From contig OZ024743.1 of assembly GCA_964016885.1 (NCBI GenBank), positions 265,174,001 through 265,238,000 of the forward strand: 64,000 nt of DNA, given 5' to 3'. The DNA is from Eledone cirrhosa (Eukaryota). Every line of letters begins with the position of its first letter. Within the stretch, counting starts at the first letter, position 1. Position numbers and translations under genes: made by a program. This document shows, in pieces, positions 59,431 to 64,000 of this stretch. Under the pieces are notes generated by a model, which saw only the letters and a list, made by a program, of their open reading frames with translations, had not been told where the DNA came from and did no database searches.

Positions 59431-60369
59431 TTGGGGCAGCCAGCACGTGAAGCCCCATTTGCTCATAATGCAGAGAGATGGGGAGGGCGAGAGAAATGGC
59501 GGCCATGACAATGGGAGTTCGGCTCTTCCGTGTTCGGCCTGGTGTGCAGCGTCAGTTGTCCGTAGGGAGGTAGTGTTTGTACTTAGCAAAGTTTTTTAAT
59601 GTGGCTGTGTGAATGGGTGTACAGATGCGTCCCTGTGCGAGCACACGCACGAGTATGCACACAAACACACCCATGTATATATGTACACACAGATACACAC
59701 GTATCCATGTGTACACACTTGTGCATGTGTGTGTAAGTTTGTATGTGTATTTGGCAGGGATGTATGGTTATTGGTGTGCATTGTGTGGTTACATGCATTG
59801 GTGTATGCGCGTGTGTGTATGTGTTTGTGTGTGACAGGGTGAGGTGGGTTTTTTATATTTAGTATGGTCCAGCATGAGTTTTCGTATTCAGGTTGGTAAG
59901 TGCGTTGAGTAGAGTGGAAGAGAAAGGAATTGTGGGTGGGTGGGTTTTAGGCATAGTAAGTGTGTGGGTGTATTTTTGTGTGTGTGTGTGTAAGAGATGG
60001 TTGTGGTAGAGTTCTAAGGGAAGACTTGGGGTGGGTTTATGTGTTATGGTCAGCTGTCAAATAGAGTGTAGGGGACGGGGTATGAATGAGTGTATGGTGG
60101 GTGAGGGAGTTGATAGATAATATGTGGGGTGTGGGAGAGGGAATCGGTGTGACAGTGGGAGCTGCCATATCGAGTGGTACGGATTGGGTGGCGATGGTGG
60201 TATTGGTGGTGTTAGTGATGGTGGTGGCGAAGGTCATGATGTGGGTGGGGATTTATGGTATAGAGTGGATTGCAGGTGTGTTTGTGTCTGTGCTGGTGTG
60301 GTGGTAGTTAGTAATGTTAATTGAAGTTAGTTGATGTGAAATCAAAGTAGGACTGGAAGTCGGTGAGTT

Positions 60370-60635
60370 TCAAAACGTCGGCGGGTGCGCTGAGACTGGT
60401 CGATAGAAAGAGAGTCGTCGAGGATGTAGTGGAGATGGAGGTGGTGATGTCAAGGGCGAGGTGGAGGAAGCAAGAGAGGAAGGTGTTCTAGGGTGAGTGA
60501 GGTGGCATTGATACAGTCGTCGGTTTATCGACCACATAGCTCTGAGGTTGAGCTCTGGGTACCTAGCCGACGAATAATTTTGTGCAGCTGGGGCCCTCTC
60601 TTGTGCCCATGGAAACCCGATCACCTGTTGGCAAA
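60370..60635 (-). pseudogene. Decayed Neptune-like PLE RT fragment
   Basis: Across frameshifts: (G)VSMGTREGPSCTKLFVG, GR*TDDCINATS, FLHLALDITTSIS and FYRPVSAH, resembling GVAMGT..GPSYANLFVG / RYIDDC / FHPALKFT / YKPTDSH. Confidence 0.55.
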
Positions 60636-60649
60636 CTTCACCTGAGATG

Positions 60650-61090
60650 GAAAAGCAATTTAGGGCTGGGATAAGGTCAGCAGCTTAACGTTATTTCTGA
60701 GATTTGTTTACGGGATATGGCAGCCAACAGTTTTATGTGCATGCATACTGCTTACACCACTTCTAGAAAAGAGCAACTCATTAAATTGGCTTCAAATCAC
60801 TGACAGACAGGCTCCAGCCTATGGCCCACATTGCCACCTCTACTACAATGGTATTTATATCTTGCAGCTGGCTGGGTTTTTACCACCTTCACTCAGTACA
60901 AGACACTCATTGGTCTTTTCTTTCTTCATCACCTACACTGATTCCATGTCTTAACTAACTGCTACGGTCGATCCTTCATCTCTCGAATGTCTCCCCTCTG
61001 GAATTCTTTTCCCTTCGCATGTCTTACATGTAGGAGTTGAGCTGCTACAATTGAAACTGAACATTAGCAGCTTCACATTAGTTTAGATGA
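60650..61090 (+). pseudogene. Decayed CR1/L2-like LINE 3' end
   Basis: YYNG...LA and YGRSFISRMSPLWNSFP remnants. Confidence 0.5.
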
Positions 61091-61546
61091 CCTGCAAATA
61101 TCTCGGACAGCTCTTTCCTCCACACCTAGCAAACAAAAAAAAAAAAAAATCTAAAAATATATACTAAATATATTAGATAAAATAAATTATTTTTGTAATT
61201 CCGCGTCGTTCCCGCATTCTACGCCTAGAGTTCAAATTCCGCCGAAATCAAGTTGTCTCTCATCCTTTCGGAGTCGATAGATGAAGTAAATATTCAGAAC
61301 TAAAGTAGATATCTGTCTATATCTTTGGATTGGACCTCTAATTCAAAGGAAGGTCTAGCTTTGACTGAAACATATCGGGCTTTTTGGGCTGCAAATGTCT
61401 ATGGAATACACTTCCACTAAATTCCACAAGTAGGAATTCACTTGGTTGAGAAACTGGAAGCTCATCGTCGAAACCGATGGAATGCTTCCACACTATTTTC
61501 TTCCTCCTTACTTTCAATTGGTTTTGTTTCCGTATGCATCTATCTA

Positions 61547-61674
<128 letters not shown>

Positions 61675-63251
61675 CGTGTGCGTGTGCGTGTGCGTGTGTG
61701 TGTGTGTGTGCGTGCGTGCGCACAATACCATTCTCTTATAATTATTGTCGTTAATATTTCACGCTATTTCTACACTTCTTTTTCTCACTCTCATTTTACT
61801 TTCTTCTGTGATTCCGCTTTCTCTGTTCAACCACATTTTCCTCTCCATTTTTCGATTTAGCCCCACTACCTTTCCATCCCCTTCGCTCACTTTTACCTCC
61901 TCCTAATCCCAAATTTCTCCCCTCCCACTAATACTTCCCAGCGTAACGACCCTTTTATCCTCCCGATATCCCTGATCCATTTATCATCTACAAAACTATA
62001 CAAAACTATACTACTTGTTTCACAATTGACGTTATTCATTTATATGGGAGAGCCTCTACGTCAGGGCTCTCATAATCAAGAACTCAAAAGTGTCATTACA
62101 TTACATGAGGCACAGTGGGCAAAAAGTGATAGGGGGGAGGCATGATTTCCACCATTTATAATGTTATTCTGCAATGCAGTTGATAGGCTATTATTTATTT
62201 ATTTTTGATTTTCATCAAAATGAATACACATATGATAGTAAGAGGTATATGTGAATTAGTGCTATAGTAGGGCCTCACATTTTCCGTATCAAATTTTCAT
62301 TAATTCCATTTTTATGTTTGGTAAATTTCAGATTTTCCGTTTTTACTTTTGAAATATTTCGTTTTTTTTAATTTTTTTTTATTTTACATATTATTGCATA
62401 TCATGGGTAAATTGCAATACACTCTAATATAAATATTATTAAATTAAGACGTTTAAATAAAATATTACCACGAACATTGTTCTGACGCACGCCAGAAACA
62501 GTAGTTAGCTGGCCACTTGCGGTCCGTGGGTTGTCTGCTTGTGAATCCTGTTCTACGTAGTCAGTCGATCCGCTAGAAATAGCGGCCAAATATATTTCAA
62601 ATCAATCCTAACACACGCAACATCTATGAGAATGCAATAAGTAACATCTAGAACTGAATTAACTAATGTCGGCATATAAGATGGGATGGCCATGACTTAA
62701 AAGCTTTGAACTTAGTTCCGCTCAATTGGGGCTGCTCTATATCAAGAATGAAATGGAATTAGTTCCTGTTTGTTTCCTGACAAATGACCTAGTTGTTCAA
62801 TAAAATGAACGTCCTGCTCGAGTAATTCATGTGCAAGTGACCGTGGATTCCATTGACACGTATCCTATTTAACTATTACTCAGCAAGATTTCGTCTTTGT
62901 ATGTGACAAAACCTTCTCTTTGAATTACAGGCATATTCCATCCAGCAAACACCGTGGGTTTGGTAACTCACACTTGCTGAAGATGCAGGGACATAATATT
63001 TGGGAAGCAAACTTCTTAATCATTCGGTTATGATGTTTCCATGATCTTTGACTAAACAACATCATATATAGCTTCCTACATTCTCATGCCTTGGGCCTTG
63101 ACAAAATTATGCGGTTAAGAAGAGATCGCTTCATAACCATGTTGTTCCATATTCGATCTCAATGTGTGAGACCATGAATGGTAGGAAATACTATTTAATG
63201 ATTGAATTGTGATACACACATACACACGTCTGTGTGTCTATCATTATATAC

Positions 63252-63914
63252 GGTGGATTGGCAGTATCGGTAGAGAGTCGGACGCCATGCTTTCCAGCAT
63301 AGTTACGTCCCTTTACGATCTGAGTTCAAATCCCGCCGAGGTTGACTTTGCCTTTCATCCTTACGGGGTCGATAAAATAAAGTACCAGTAATGCACTGGA
63401 TAATTGCTGGCCTTGTGCCTAAAGTAGAAACAATTATATACGGTGGATTGGCAGTATAGGTAGAGAGTCGGACGCCATGCTTTCCAGCATAGTTATGTCC
63501 CTTTACGATCTGAGTTCAAATCCCGCCGAGGTTGACTTTGCCTTTCATCCTTAGGGGGTCGATAAAATAAAGTTCCAGTAATGTACTGGGTAATTGATGG
63601 CCTTGTGCCAAAAGTAGAAATAATTATATACATATATAATGGCGGTGCATTGGCAGTATCGGTAGAGGGTCAGTCACCATGCTTTGCAGCAAAGAGTTAC
63701 GGCTCTTTACGTTCTGAGTTCAAATCCCGCGGAGGTTAACTTTGCCTTTCATCTTTACGGCGTCGAAAAATAAAGCACCAATAATACACGGTGATAATTG
63801 CTGGCCTTGTGCCACAAGCAGAAAAAATTATATACTTATATGGAATATTGCCGAGGTTAACTCTGCCTTTCGTCTCTACGGGGTCGATGAAATAAAGTAC
63901 CAGTAATGCACTGA
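63252..63914 (+). mobile_element. Head-to-tail array of three full and one partial tRNA-derived SINEs
   Basis: Units start near 63252, 63442 and 63640, with a partial at 63850. Each full unit has A box TGGCAGTATCGG and B box GTTCAAATCC. Confidence 0.9.
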
Positions 63915-64000
63915 TATAATATATATGTATCAATCAGGATGGAATCAGTTTGAAATTGGTTAGATCATGACTCACCAGAGTATTTGATACTTGGAACAGT

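Noticed and set aside
63252-63340. tRNA gene
   Set aside because: A and B boxes are present but there is no cloverleaf, and the sequence continues into a multi-copy SINE body.

Overview
Eukaryotic, very AT-rich, repeat-dominated DNA with no recognisable host gene. The (TA)n/(CA)n density, SINE type and RTE tail suggest an octopus-like cephalopod (inference). Most ORFs in the track are microsatellite artefacts. Real coding remnants are all transposon-derived: a hAT transposase pseudogene, a young 5'-truncated RTE LINE with an uninterrupted 825-codon frame and an internal PHD-like finger, decayed RTE, R4/Dong, CRE and CR1-like LINEs, and Penelope-like element (PLE) fragments resembling three clades (Naiad, Nematis, Neptune). 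tRNA-derived SINEs and small MITEs are also present. The main hidden signal is a swarm of roughly ten unrelated small fold-back elements sitting in (TA)n tracts. Nearly all carry a minimal type I hammerhead ribozyme (HHR) with a short, often palindromic stem III. They share a head-to-head inverted architecture with a one-sided 3' tail. Two carry the compensatory U3-A8 core variant, and some occur as tandem or circularly permuted units. All structures were paired by eye; no searches or folding programs were run.
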